A stretch of 64,000 nucleotides of DNA from Takakia lepidozioides (lineage: Eukaryota; Plantae; Bryophyta), in assembly GCA_030704615.1 (NCBI GenBank), contig CM060731.1:90210001-90274000 (forward strand), read 5' to 3'. This document shows positions 26,455-38,030 of this stretch, piece by piece. The stretch's first letter is position 1, and every line of letters begins with the position of its first letter. Made by a program: the position numbers and the translations under genes. Under the pieces are notes generated by a model. That model did no database searches and was not told the DNA's origin. It worked only from the letters and a program-made list of their open reading frames with translations.

Positions 26455-26900
26455 GCAAATATGGCGCCGAATTTCGCGGTAATAGGGTCCGTAACCTGAA
26501 AAAACGGCGACGTATTTCGCGGCAATAGGTCTCTCTGGCGAAAAATGGTGCCGAATTCCGCGGCTATAGGTCCCCTCATGACAGGTAATTCGGCGCCATT
26601 TTTCCAGTGCATGTTCGGACTTAGCCAGTTTTCGGCGCAAAATAGGGAAATTCGGCGCCATTTTTCCAGACACTGTACCAGTGCATGTTGGGACTTAGCC
26701 AGTTTTCGGCCCAAAAAGAGAAATTCGGCGCCATTTTTCCAGACACGGTACCAGTGCATGTTGGGACTTAGCCAGTTTTCGGCCCCAAAAAGAGAAATTC
26801 GGCGCCATTTTCCCAAACACAGGTACCAGTGCATGTTGGGACTTAGCGAGTTTTCGGCCCAAAAAGAGAAATTCGGCGCCATTTTTCCAGAAATGGCCCC
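26455..26900. repeat. Left subterminal tandem array (~72-75-bp units, core AAATTCGGCGCCATTTTTCC)
   Basis: Units at ~26588, 26649, 26721, 26795, 26869. Confidence 0.85.
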
Positions 26901-27045
26901 ACAACTGCTTCTGTTGGATCTCAGTTTGAATGGAATATTGCCTCATTCCAGGAGTTTTGGGGTGCATTTCATTACACTGCAAAAAAAAAGTTTGATACAG
27001 CAAAATGCATTTGAAAATATCCATATGGAGGATTCCGTTTCCCCA

Positions 27046-30000
27046 TCAATGATTTCTGGAATCCCTAAGGAGGAGTTTGTGCAGCTCGTTCACGCTCAAC
27101 GCCGGTGCATGAATAAAGTCATCAATAGTCACGTTCATCCTCAACCTCTTCAGGTAAATGTAATACAGATGCTTGCACGGATAATACTTCGAACCCTTCT
27201 TTGCTTCCATCAACGAGAAGTCCGTACAGTTGCAAGTTGGCTCCACTCCAATCGTAATTGTGTATACATCGTCGCGTACAGCCGAGCCGGCCGTTGCCAT
27301 CCGATACACACGCCCAAGGCCGGGTGGGGGTACGTCCACGGAGCTCTGAATAGTGCAAGCCATCCCAAGAGCATTGGCAATCCGAGTCTCATTCAACTTG
27401 TTGGGAGGGTGTCGTCTCTTCACTCTTCCGAATCGCATTGTGGGATGTGCAGAATTGTCCAATCCGTCTCTACTGGACCGAGCAGTCTGCAATGGCTGGG
27501 TCTGAGGAACCGGAAATGCGTGGGCCGGGATGTCTGTGCGTTGCACCATTCGAAATCCTGCTGCAGATAGAGCATCCGCCTCATTCTGAGAGAGGCTGCA
27601 ACCCGGTGCAACAGGCCAGACGCCCGGAGGCTCCGGCATTCCCTGAATCCCGTACTTGGGCTTGCCAAATACACAGGTCATTATGTCGTGCCTACAGAAC
27701 CAAAATGTCTGCGTTGTGGCGTGAACAAATGTGGGAGTCAAAAATCTGCCGCTGAAACAAGGTGCAGGTACAGCACCGTGTGGGTTCCTCCGAATCATCT
27801 CACCACAGCGTGCTCTCGTATCCACCCGGATGGCGCAACACTTCCCTCGAAATGCCGGCAATGTCCTCGCAATTCTCCACTGTGACTCCGACACTCTTGT
27901 CTCCACAATGGAAATGTTGTATTGCTTTACTACAGATGGCTCGTTATGTTGCCGGGGCACGCGCCCTGTGCTCAAAGGAGATGGCGATCTTGAACGTGCA
28001 GGACTTCCGGTGCTCGACGAGACCTCCTTGGACAACATCACCGGACCACGAGGGAGCGTGCGAATATTCTTGTCAGCTCGCCATGAATCCTCTTCTCCGC
28101 CAGGTGCCTCGTCAAGTCTTCGTCTCACTGGACGGGTATGAACATCTCCTTCCAAATGTTGGCCTCTTCGCAGCAATGGCGTGTCCCGAAGGCCCTCTCG
28201 CAAGGCCGCCGCCCAATTCCGAGGATTCTTCGATCTGGAGGCAGTCCGCATCAGCATTTCCTGCCTGTCCGGCCCCAAGCCCATCTGTTTCCCTTTCAAG
28301 AACTTGTTGTACCTGCATTGCTGCATAATTGACCTCACAATGTCCTCCGTTGTGGTAGTGAGGATGTCCACCAGATGCGCCGCAGAAGAGGCACGCCAGG
28401 AAGAGTGCACTGATTCGGCCATGTTTGTCGTGGGCATGTCGGTGTCGGAGTCGAGACACATTTCCTGCACAAGCACATGTTCAGGCTACAAGCAAGTTAC
28501 AAATATGGCCAAGAATAATATCCAACGGGACGCGAATTCGTGCAACTCACCTCCCGCATATAGTCGCCGAACTGGAGGAAACGATAATGCCACCATGCTA
28601 GCCAACTGACCATTGCTCCTTCGTCTGATTTCCTTACAGCACCTGACGATGTCCACCAAGCCCGTATGCATGCAAACTGTGTCTCTGCATCATCCAAGGT
28701 GGGAGCGCGCTTCCACGCAAGGCACATGGAACGGTGCTCCTCTCTGAAATCTGGCGCCACGAGCCTGGTTGTGTACTGCGAAAGGCTCTGCAGAAAATGG
28801 AACCCACAAGATCTCTCCTTGCCTTCCATGGGAACATTGGGGTCTTGCCCGTACACCCTTCGGATGGCAGCCCAATTTGCTTGTGCGTTGTCCGCCATGA
28901 AACCACGGAAATTGGGAGGGGGCAATCCCGCCTTGGCCATCTGTTCGTTTATTCCCTGCCAAAGAAGCATCTCCGATTGTGTGTCCTCTCCTTTCATCTC
29001 ACAAATAGCAATTGTCATTAGCATCCTGCAGTGGGTGTCGTAGACATGTGCACCCATTGTCACCCACTGGTGATTTGTAATTCGCTTGATATGGTCGAAC
29101 ATGACCCAACTGTTTGACAAGTTCCCACTCGTCATCCTGTCGACCAGTTCGACGCCACTGCCAGGTCCACACGTGGACATTTTGAATACGAAACAACGAT
29201 CTGCCTCAGTCCCTTGTCCTGGAAACCTACTTCCATGAATGTAGTCATATCCACATCGTCGCTTCACCTCCAGAATGGAGTGCATATCCGAGCCACGCCC
29301 AATTTTCTGTTTGCATGAGACAATGTGGTTTCGGACATTCGGTGAACATACGTGGGACACCGACTCCAGCAATGCCTCCATTTCCTTCTCGTCGAGAGGA
29401 ACTCTATCGGAGCCGTCTTCCGACATAATTCTGGCCAATGCCATCTTATGGGCGGCTTGGAGCTGTATCTGTTTGGGTTTGGCACCCGGTCTCAACTTAA
29501 CCTCCTCCTGAACGAGCTGCTCTGCTTCGTGGGCAGCCTCCCGCGAGTTCCCCCTCGCCAATTTGTGACAATGGGAACCAACGTGTATGCAAGCTCGGGT
29601 GAGGTCAGGGAAACGGTGCAACACATAGAACTGCTTGGCATTACAAACAGACATGCAGTGTGGTGGTTCTTTGCAATGCGCACACTTAAATGTGGAGTTC
29701 GGAACCTTCTCCTGAGCTCGAAATGGTTGGTGAGCTGTGCCTGTCCAATCGGTCTCGTTCCTGTGACCTCTGGATTTAAAGTGGAAGCAAGTTGGGGAGA
29801 AACACCGCAACGCGCCCGCACAAACAACGTAGCGCACCCGCACACCATCAAGCATCTTCATGCTGGTGGTTTTGGTAACGCACCAAGGATGACCGTCATG
29901 TTTTCTATCCATATCTGTCAACATTCCGGACGCCCTCGAGTAGTCCGCCCGAGGAGGGAACTCAAAGAAGATATTACCGTCGACGTCGGCGGGAAGACAT

Positions 30001-30638
30001 GTAACCGATTTAATTGCGAACTTGCTGTAGTCCAGCCCGGCCAGCTCCGACCGGTGTCCTTCCAGGTGAAGCCCTCGCAGAATTTCTAGAATAGATCGAA
30101 CTGCGGTGCTCGTGCTGGGAATATGACTCCCTCCTCCACTGACGTCCATTGAGGACTTGCCTGATCTCCAGGACGACCTCGGAACTTCCATGACCTCGTC
30201 TGAGTCGGACAGGTTGTGAACAACCCGGTTCTCGGTCGTCTTCATGGATGGGTTCGGCTCTGGATTTACTTCGTTGCGGACTTCTCTCTTTGAGGTACCC
30301 ACTCTCTGATTCGCGGATTGTTTCGTGGAAGGCGCCAGGATAGACGGTGCATTTGGCGGGCAAATGAAGTCCCCAACAGCCCTGTATATGACGCTGTCCG
30401 ATGGTGGAACTCGCCATTCCCTGCCATCGCCGAAATCATCGTGGAGCACAACAATACTCTCGACAACAAGGCCGTTTGAGTCCTTCCTTTCCTCCTCCAA
30501 AAAAACCGACCCCGGTTTCAGGTGGTATCGAACGCACAGATATTTCTCCATCACCCGGCAGGTGTCCCCTCTGCACGGAAATAAAGCTCTATGCTCGTGA
30601 GGAGGGCAGTACACTGTAGCGCTCGGGTTTTCCGCCAT
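27046..30638 (-). CDS. MULE-family DDE transposase, ~1168 aa, two exons (30638-28551, 28464-27046): GCM-like Zn domain, DDE core, Cys-rich region, C-terminal SWIM
   Basis: WCVTKTT..CAGALRC..C..CAHC..C..HVGSHCH; WVMFDH (D1); GFMADNAQANW (D2); SCGFHF (CxxH); TTNMAESVH (E); CNCTDF..PCKHLYYIY (SWIM). The GTGAGT/TGCAG intron is in frame and no stops are seen. Confidence 0.88.
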
Positions 30639-30889
30639 GGGAGATGTGCACACAAGACTGCCAGGATGGCGTGCGGGGAAGCTCCCTGGTAGAAGGGGGT
30701 GCAGCGATGGGAATGAATGCGATGCCGATTTGTCCGAGCGACGAAGCCTGATCCAAATCCAGGGAGCCAACTATCTCAAAAATCCACAGTCAGAGTGTTA
30801 ATGAACCTTGTCTCCAGAATGCGGCCCCTCGTCTTTGCGCAATAACTGCCAACGGTATGCAGTCAGAAAGTGGGGGGCCGTCCGGATGA

Positions 30890-32870
30890 TGACGGCTGAA
30901 GGGGAGAAGCCGGCACCGTGCCGTCACATTACTACCCCCGAATGGAAATTCGGCACCCAATATCCAACAGAGGAAGCCCGGATGAAGTCGCCTCGGGCGC
31001 AGAGGCCGGAGTGTGTGCGACAGAGAACATCCCCTGGATGGAGATTCGGCGCCGAATTTCCATCCGGGCCCCCCAAAGGGAGTCGTGTCGGGGGGTCAGG
31101 CCGAAAACTGGACGGCATAAAAACATCCCCAGATGGAAAAACGGCGCCGAATTTCCATCCGGGGCGGTTCGGGTGCAGTCGGGGAGGGGGGAGTGGCCTG
31201 CACTTGGCCGTCACATTTCAACCCCCGGACGGAAATTCGGCACCGAATATCGAACAGGGGACGCCCAGATGAAGTCGCCTCGGGCGCAGAGGCCGGCGAG
31301 TGTGCGACAGAGAACATCCTCTGGATGGAGATTCGGCGCCGAATTTCCATCCGGGCCCCCCCAAAGGAAGTCTTGTCGGGGGGTCAGACCGAAAACTGGC
31401 CGACATAAAAACCTCCCCAGATGGGAAAACGGCGCCGAATTTCAATTCGGGGCCGTTCCAATTCAGTCGGGGAGAAGGGAGAGGTCGGCACCTGGCCGTC
31501 ATATTTCAACCCCCGGGACGGAAATTCGGCACCGAATATCCAACAGAGCGGCGGAGAGGCGGCACCTCTCCGACAGAGACCATCCCCCGGATGGAAATTC
31601 GGCGCCGAATTTCCATCCAGCAGGTAAGTGGAATCCCGGATGGATGGAGATTCGGCGCCGAATTTCCATCCAGCAGGTAAGTGGAATCCCGGATGGATGG
31701 AAATTCGGCGCCGAATTTCCATCCTGCAGTAATTCGAATCCCGGATGAATGGAAATTCGGCGCCGAATTTCCATCCAGCAGGTAAGTCGGATCGGTGGCG
31801 TATGGATATTCGGCGCCGAATTTCCATTCGCCATGTATTTCATCGCTCAGAATTACCTTCCTGCAGGTAATTCCCAGATGAGAATTACCTTCCTGCAGGT
31901 AATTTCCAGATGAGAATTACCTTCCTGCAGGTAATTCCAATCGATGCCGGTAGGATGTTAATTCCTCGTCCAGAATTACCTGCACGAAGGTAATTCTGAT
32001 CGACGAATTACCTGCAGGAAGGTAATTCTCATCTGGGAATTACCTGCACGAAGGTAATTCCTCGCTCAGAAATATTTGGCGAATGGAAATTCGGCGCCGA
32101 ATATCCATACGGCACCGATCCGACTTACCTGCTGGATGGAAATTCGGCGCCGAATTTCCATTCATCCGGGATTCGAATCACCTGCTGGACGGAAATTTGG
32201 CGCCGAATTTCCATTCATCCGGTATTCGAATTACCTGCAGGATGGAAATTCGGCGCCGAATTTTCATTTATCCGGGATTCCACTTACCTGCAGGATGGAA
32301 ATTCGGCGCCGAATTTCCATTCATCCGGGATTCGAATCACCTGCTGGACGGAAATTCGGCGCCGAATTTCCATTCATCCGGTATTCGAATTACCTGCAGG
32401 ATGGAAATTCGGCGCCGAATTTTCATTTATCCGGGATTCCACTTACCTGCAGGATGGAAGGCGCCGAATTTCCATTCATCCGGTATTCGAATTACCTGCA
32501 TGATGGAAATTCGGCATCGAATTACCTGCGTGAGGGAAATTCGGCGCGCCGCCCTACCTCCGCGGATGGAAATTCGGCGCCGGATTTCCATCCGAGCGCT
32601 TCCGAATTACCTGCTTGAGGGAAATTTCCAGCGCCGCCCTACCTGGCTGGATGGAAATTCGTCGCCGGATTTCCATCCGCGCGCTTCCGAATTACCTGCG
32701 TGAGGGAAATTTCCAGTGCCGCCCTTCCTCCGCGGATGGAAATTCGGCGCCGGATATCCATCCTGCTGCGCTCCGAATTACCTGCAGGATGGAAATCCGG
32801 CGCCGGAATTCCATCGTGCAGCGCTCCGAATTACCTCTACGTTGGAAATTCCGGGACTGTTTACGTCGAT
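30890..32870. repeat. Palindrome-rich intergenic hub: dozens of GGAAATTCGGCGCCGAATTTCC units arranged as a large inverted repeat centred near 31950
   Basis: 31781-31833 is the near-perfect reverse complement of 32077-32129. The centre has 32-bp AGAATTACCTTCCTGCAGGTAATT units in both orientations. ~287-bp higher-order repeats lie at 30945/31232/31521. Confidence 0.92.
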
Positions 32871-32881
32871 TTTCATCCGAC

Positions 32882-35800
32882 ATGGAGGGCTTCATCCGAC
32901 ATTTAATTGCGCAGTTGGGCAATAAATGTCGACGGCCGTCGGTTATTATTCGGGCTGGCGACGCATGGCTTCCTGGACACGTACCCTAAATCTCATGCTA
33001 AACTTGGCTTAACATGGTATTCCAGGCATGTACCCCAAAAAAGGAGATCTTTTGGCTGGGACTTATGCCGCCTGAAGGGCGTGGCTCTCCTGAGAGAGAC
33101 CTCACATCCAGACCGCGGCGGAAGTTGAAAGCTCTGTACTACGGACGACGGCCAATCTCTTGCATGGCCAAACTGAAGCTCCAGCAGGAGATTCCAGTGT
33201 CTTGCTCACAACCTGCGCCAACTGAAGCCGAGTACTCTCAGGCAAGCCACTTCTGCTTTCGGTTTGTTCGATTTATTTTTTGCTTTCGCTTTGTTACCTC
33301 GCTTTGTTTTTGCATCTTCATCCTGGCTTTGCTGTATGAGTGAACTTTAGATAGTTGAGTGAACCTTAGATTGTTTGCAATGCGTGTGCAAATCCGGCAG
33401 CTCTGGAGAAGGCTGCTTGTGCATGTCATTCTTAGGCAATGGTTGCATTTGTTTTCATTGTTGTTGCATGGCTCTCCATACTTCCTAAACTTGTTATGTT
33501 TTCATTTTTGCTACATGATTGTTGCTATGGTGGTTGCGCTGCTCGTTGCGATGCTGCTTTTTGCACCGATGTTGGTTTTCACGATTTTTGTCAATGACAG
33601 AGTGACGACGAGCCCGGCACGCTGGTGGTATCATCGACAGCTCCAACTCATCGCATGTTTGAATCGCCCAACTTGGGGTGAGAGGGCAAACTAAAACCTT
33701 TTGTTGGTGGACGGGAGGACTTGCAACGAGATTACGACAGAGTAGGCATTGGGGAGGTTGGTGCAGGCGGCATGGCAGGTGAAGGGCGTGAGGACAGCAG
33801 ATCCGGCAATGGAGGTTGTTCATGCACATGCAGTAGGGCCCGCCCACGCAAAGAAAAAGAAGAAAGCTAAGCACATGCAATCCCCGGCGAGAGAGCAGTC
33901 ACGGGCTGCGGAGGGGGGAGTGAGCAGTGCGCGCGAGGGTGTCAGTTCGCCTCAATCAAAGGTGGTCGTCCTGGAGGGCTCCCCTGCTGCTAGCCCTAGT
34001 AAGAAACAGAAAGCCCGTGAGAGGGCAAAAGAGAGGGCAAAAGAACAGACGAGACAGAATGCTAGCCAGGAGGAAAGACAAAAGGCAGCTGAAGAGGCCA
34101 GGGGTGCCCAAATGACAGATGCCAATGTAAGCGAGGGACCCATAGAGACGGTGGATCCCTACAAGACACCACAGAGAGGCAGTAGCACACCGGTTAGACC
34201 ATCGCGGGCAAGAGCAGCCCCCGCAATTACCCATACGGTGGAGAGTGGAGGAGAGGAAAGAACACCTGAAAGAGCACGGATTGTGCAAGTTCGAGGTGAA
34301 GCCAGGGAGAGGGCAGTAGAGACGACGAGAGTGCTGGAGGTGGTTTCGCAGGTGGCTGACCCTGTTGAGGAGGACGACATGGAGATTTCTGACCAGGATG
34401 ACATCCTCCCGGACATCCCCAGGCCCCAAACCCGGAGCATACAGGCTGGATTTGGCGGTCCTGGTGGGCTGCCGGAAAACCCCTCTGCAGAAGACGTCAT
34501 GTCTGAGGCGGATATGAAGTTGGCCGCTGCCAAGATGTTGGAGGCAACCCACAGCAACATTGGCAGGGTGCTCGGGGGGGGGTTGAGGTGGAGAGAGCTT
34601 GCGACATGATTCTCCTCGACATTCCAGATGGGGAGCTGCTGGAGGGCCTGGATGGTGTGCCCACCTAGAACAGGTTTACTGAGGACTACTGGAAAGCCGG
34701 GTTTGGGCTGGCGGGGATGCTTCTGGATGACGGTGGATGTGTGGTTGTCCTTGCCACGAGAGGGAAGACCACAGAGAATGCGGTGGCAAGGTGGACACCA
34801 AAAAGTGTCACCCCAGTCCTCCTCAGAAAATGGTTCTGCATCAGTACGCAGGGGTTGCGAACAGAGGGCCAAAGTGTAAGTTATCAATCTATTGCATTCA
34901 CTTCATATTGTGGTGTATGTTAAGTAGACCCTGGAATTGATCCCTTCTTTGTTGGATGTGCAGACATTGGTGTTTGAGGCATATTGCTTTGTGAAGAGAG
35001 GATCTACGTTCAAATTCCGCAACGACGGTCGTCTTGTTGATGCCGCTGTGGACCCTGTAACCTACGATGTCCTCTACAACTATGTGCCCCACTCTAGTAT
35101 GCCGAAGGACACAAAGACAGGCAAACCGTGGCGGTACAGCCGGACCCGGAGCCCTGCTTTCATCCAAACCCTCATGGAGACGTGCTCGGATGTCCAAGGG
35201 CGGATTCTGGACCTCACATGCGGCACGGGTAAGCCTTCACGTGCTCAGTTTGTCCCCTGGCCCCATTGCAATTGCATGCCGCAAGCTATTAACCGCCCGC
35301 TTTGTTCCTCAGGTGCTTCAATGTGGGCAGGGACGTTGTCCGACAGGCATGTGTTCGCCTTCGAGCCAGATACTGCCCTCCACAACTCGGAACTTGCAGC
35401 GGCTAAACGTCTGCCGAAAGAGGAAGAGGCATCCTCGGAGGATGAGGAAAAATCCGAGAAGGAGCAGGGGGAGGAAGTTGGGATCGAGGCCGAGGAGCCC
35501 CCGGTTTGCGAGTGAGTGGTGGCATTGTAAGTTGCCTCCAGATTTTGTGAGGCACCTCCCTCCGCTCTCTTATTTCATTGAAAACCATTTCTGCTTGTGC
35601 TGGTATTGACATTCTTGAAGTGGATTTGTTCTTACTGTAGGATGCCAAGTACTGCCGGAGGGACGTCTACACCGGAGTTCATGGGCAGGAGGAACGTGCC
35701 TTTTTTTGCCAGGGGGGATTTCATGCCTAGTCCAGAAAGGGAGTACATCCTTCCTACTTATGCTGCCCGGCTTGCTTCGGTGTCCATTAGGAGGTGTTCC

Positions 35801-36100
35801 GAACGTAGTCGTGTACAGCAGATTTTAGACGAGGCAAGCCTCAAGAAAATGAAGATGAGGGAGGAGGCAGCAGCTATTAGAGCCCGTCGGGCTCATAGAT
35901 TTGTGTTGGATTCTGCTGAGGAAAGTGGGGGAGAAGACGCAGAAGATTCCCAGGAGGTGAGGTGGACAGTCCCCCAAGGAGAGGACGGGATTTTTGAGAG
36001 GCATAGTGGAACTGATGCATCACAGAGCTCGGAGGATGAGGGGGATGAGGGGGATGAGGAAGAAGGTGGGGCAAGTTCCTCGGAGGGTGTAGGAGAGTAG
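32882..36100 (+). pseudogene. Spliced gene for a beta-class (permuted) N4C/N6A DNA methyltransferase-like protein with long charged N- and C-terminal tails; decayed
   Basis: CDMILLDIPDG (motif IV-like, ~34600-34632)..MLLDDGGCVVVL |34876-34963| ..KPWRYSRTRSPAFIQTLMETCSDVQGRILDLTCGTG |35229-35312| ASMWAGTLSDRHVFAFEPD (motifs X, I, II) |35512-35640| acidic tail. Stops at 33692, 33743 and 34666, and a G-run frameshift at ~34575. 5' exons uncertain. Confidence 0.7.
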
Positions 36101-36336
36101 TGCCCATTCCGGCTATGACAGTTAGAACACACTTGTATAGACGTGGCTTGCCACAAAATTTGCAATAAAATGTTGCATTTCAAGTCCACTGGTGCCACAT
36201 TCCAACTTCACATGACCCTATTTCCGTGCCTCCTAACCCTATTTCCGTGGACTCACAATGGTCTGCTCATGCTTTTTTTTTTTCCGCTCATGCTCATGCC
36301 GCTCATGCTCATGCCGCTCATGAAATAGCAGCCCCC

Positions 36337-38030
36337 GTCTCGGGGGGAGAGGCCGACACCTGGCCGAAAACATCCCCCGGATGGAAAAATGGCGCCAAAT
36401 TTCCATCCGAGGCCCGTTGGATGAAGTCGTCTCGGGGGGAGAGGCCGACACCTGGCCGACAGAGAACATCCCCCGGATGGAAAAACGGCGTCGAATTTCC
36501 ATCCGAGGCCGCACGGATGGAGTCGTCTCGGGGGGAGAGGCCGACACCTGGCCGATAGAGAACATCCCCCGGATGGAAAAACGGCGCTGAATTTCCATCC
36601 GAGGCCGCACGGATGGAGTCGTGTCGGGGGGAGAGGCCGACACCTGGCCGATAGAGAACATCCCTCGGATGGAAAAACGGCGCCGAATTTCCATCTGAGG
36701 CCCCCCGGATGAAGTCGTCTCGGGGGGATAGGTCGATACATATCATCTGCAGGATGGAAAAACGGCGCCGAATATCCATCCATATCGACCCGTCATCAAC
36801 AATTTTCAGTCGTTGCATCTAGTTTTTCGCGTTCTTTGGTCTAATCAGACACTAAACTTATAGTTTTTGCCTGCATGCCACTTTCTGGCACGTTATTCCC
36901 ACCATTGTCGTTCGCTAGAGACAAATTCGGTGCCGGTTATCCATCCACCAGGTGGACCGAATTTTCCTGCAGGATGGAAATTCGGCGCCGGTTTTCCATC
37001 CAGCCGCCCTCCCGCTTACCTGCTCGATGGAAATTCATTGCCAATTTTCCATCCGGCCGCGCTCCTGCTTACCTGCTGGATGGAAATTCGGCGTAGGTTT
37101 TCATCCGGCCGCGCTCCGGTTTACTTGCAGGATGAAAATTTGGCGCCGGTTTTCCACCCTGCAGCTCTCTGGTTTACTTGCAGGATGGAAATTCAGCGCC
37201 GGTTTTCCATCCGCCCGCGCTTCCGCTTACCTGCAGGATGGAAATTTTCCATCCGGGGGATGGTCTCTGTCGGCGAGGTGTCGGCCTCTCCCCCCGAGAC
37301 GACTTCATCCGACCGGCCCTCGATGGAAATTCGGCGCCGTTTTTCCATCCGGGGGATGTTCTCTGTCGGCCAGGTGTCGGCCTCTCCCCCCGAGACGACT
37401 TCATCCAACCGGCCCCGGATGGAAATTCGGCGCCGTTTTTCCATCCGGGGGATGTTCTCTGTCGGCCAGGTGTCGGCCTCTCCCCCCGAGACGACTTCAT
37501 CCGACGGGCCCCGGATGGAAATTCGGCGCCGTTTTTCCATCCGGGGGATGTTCTCTGTCGGCCAGGTGTCGGCCTCTCCCCCCGAGACGACTCCATCCGT
37601 GCGGCCTCGGATGGAAATTCGGCGCCGTTTTTCCATCCGGGGGATGTTCTCTGTCGGCCAGGTGTCGGCCTCTCCCCCGAGACGACTCCATCCGTGCGGC
37701 CTCGGATGGGAATTCGGCGCCATTTTTCCATCCGGGGGATGTTCTCTGTCGGCCAGGTGTCGGCCTCTCCCCCCGAGACGACTCCATCCGTGCGGCCTCG
37801 GATGGAAATTCGGCGCCGTTTTTCCATCCGGGGGATGTTCTCTGTCGGCCAGGTGTCGGCCTCTCCCCCCGAGACGACTCCATCCGTGCGGCCTCGGATG
37901 GGAATTCGGCGCCGTTTTTCCATCCGGGGGATGTTCTCTGTCGGCCAGGTGTCAGCCTCTCCCCCCGAGACAACTCCATCCGTGCGGCCTCGGATAGAAA
38001 TTTGGCGCCGTTTTTCCATCCGGGGGATGT
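36337..38030. repeat. Second hub: 96-bp tandem units in two oppositely oriented arms around a unique spacer (~36780-36920)
   Basis: Right-arm units start at 37321, 37417, 37513, 37609, 37704, 37800, 37896. The left arm 36337-36730 is their reverse complement. Same GGAAATTCGGCGCC core as the first hub. Confidence 0.92.

Larger units (their letters stand above)
26195..36336. mobile_element. MULE-like DNA transposon A (~10.1 kb): transposase (-), central palindrome hub, amino-methyltransferase-like cargo (+)
   Basis: Left end GAGGTTTGCTATTTCATGAGC(ATGAGCGGC)n at 26195. Right end (GCTCATGCC)n GCTCATGAAATAGCAGCCCCC at 36336. No TSD. Confidence 0.8.

Noticed and set aside
30808-32990. Many overlapping ORFs (MEIRRRISI.., WKFGAEFPS..)
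   Set aside because: They are by-products of stop-poor palindromic repeats open in several frames on both strands.
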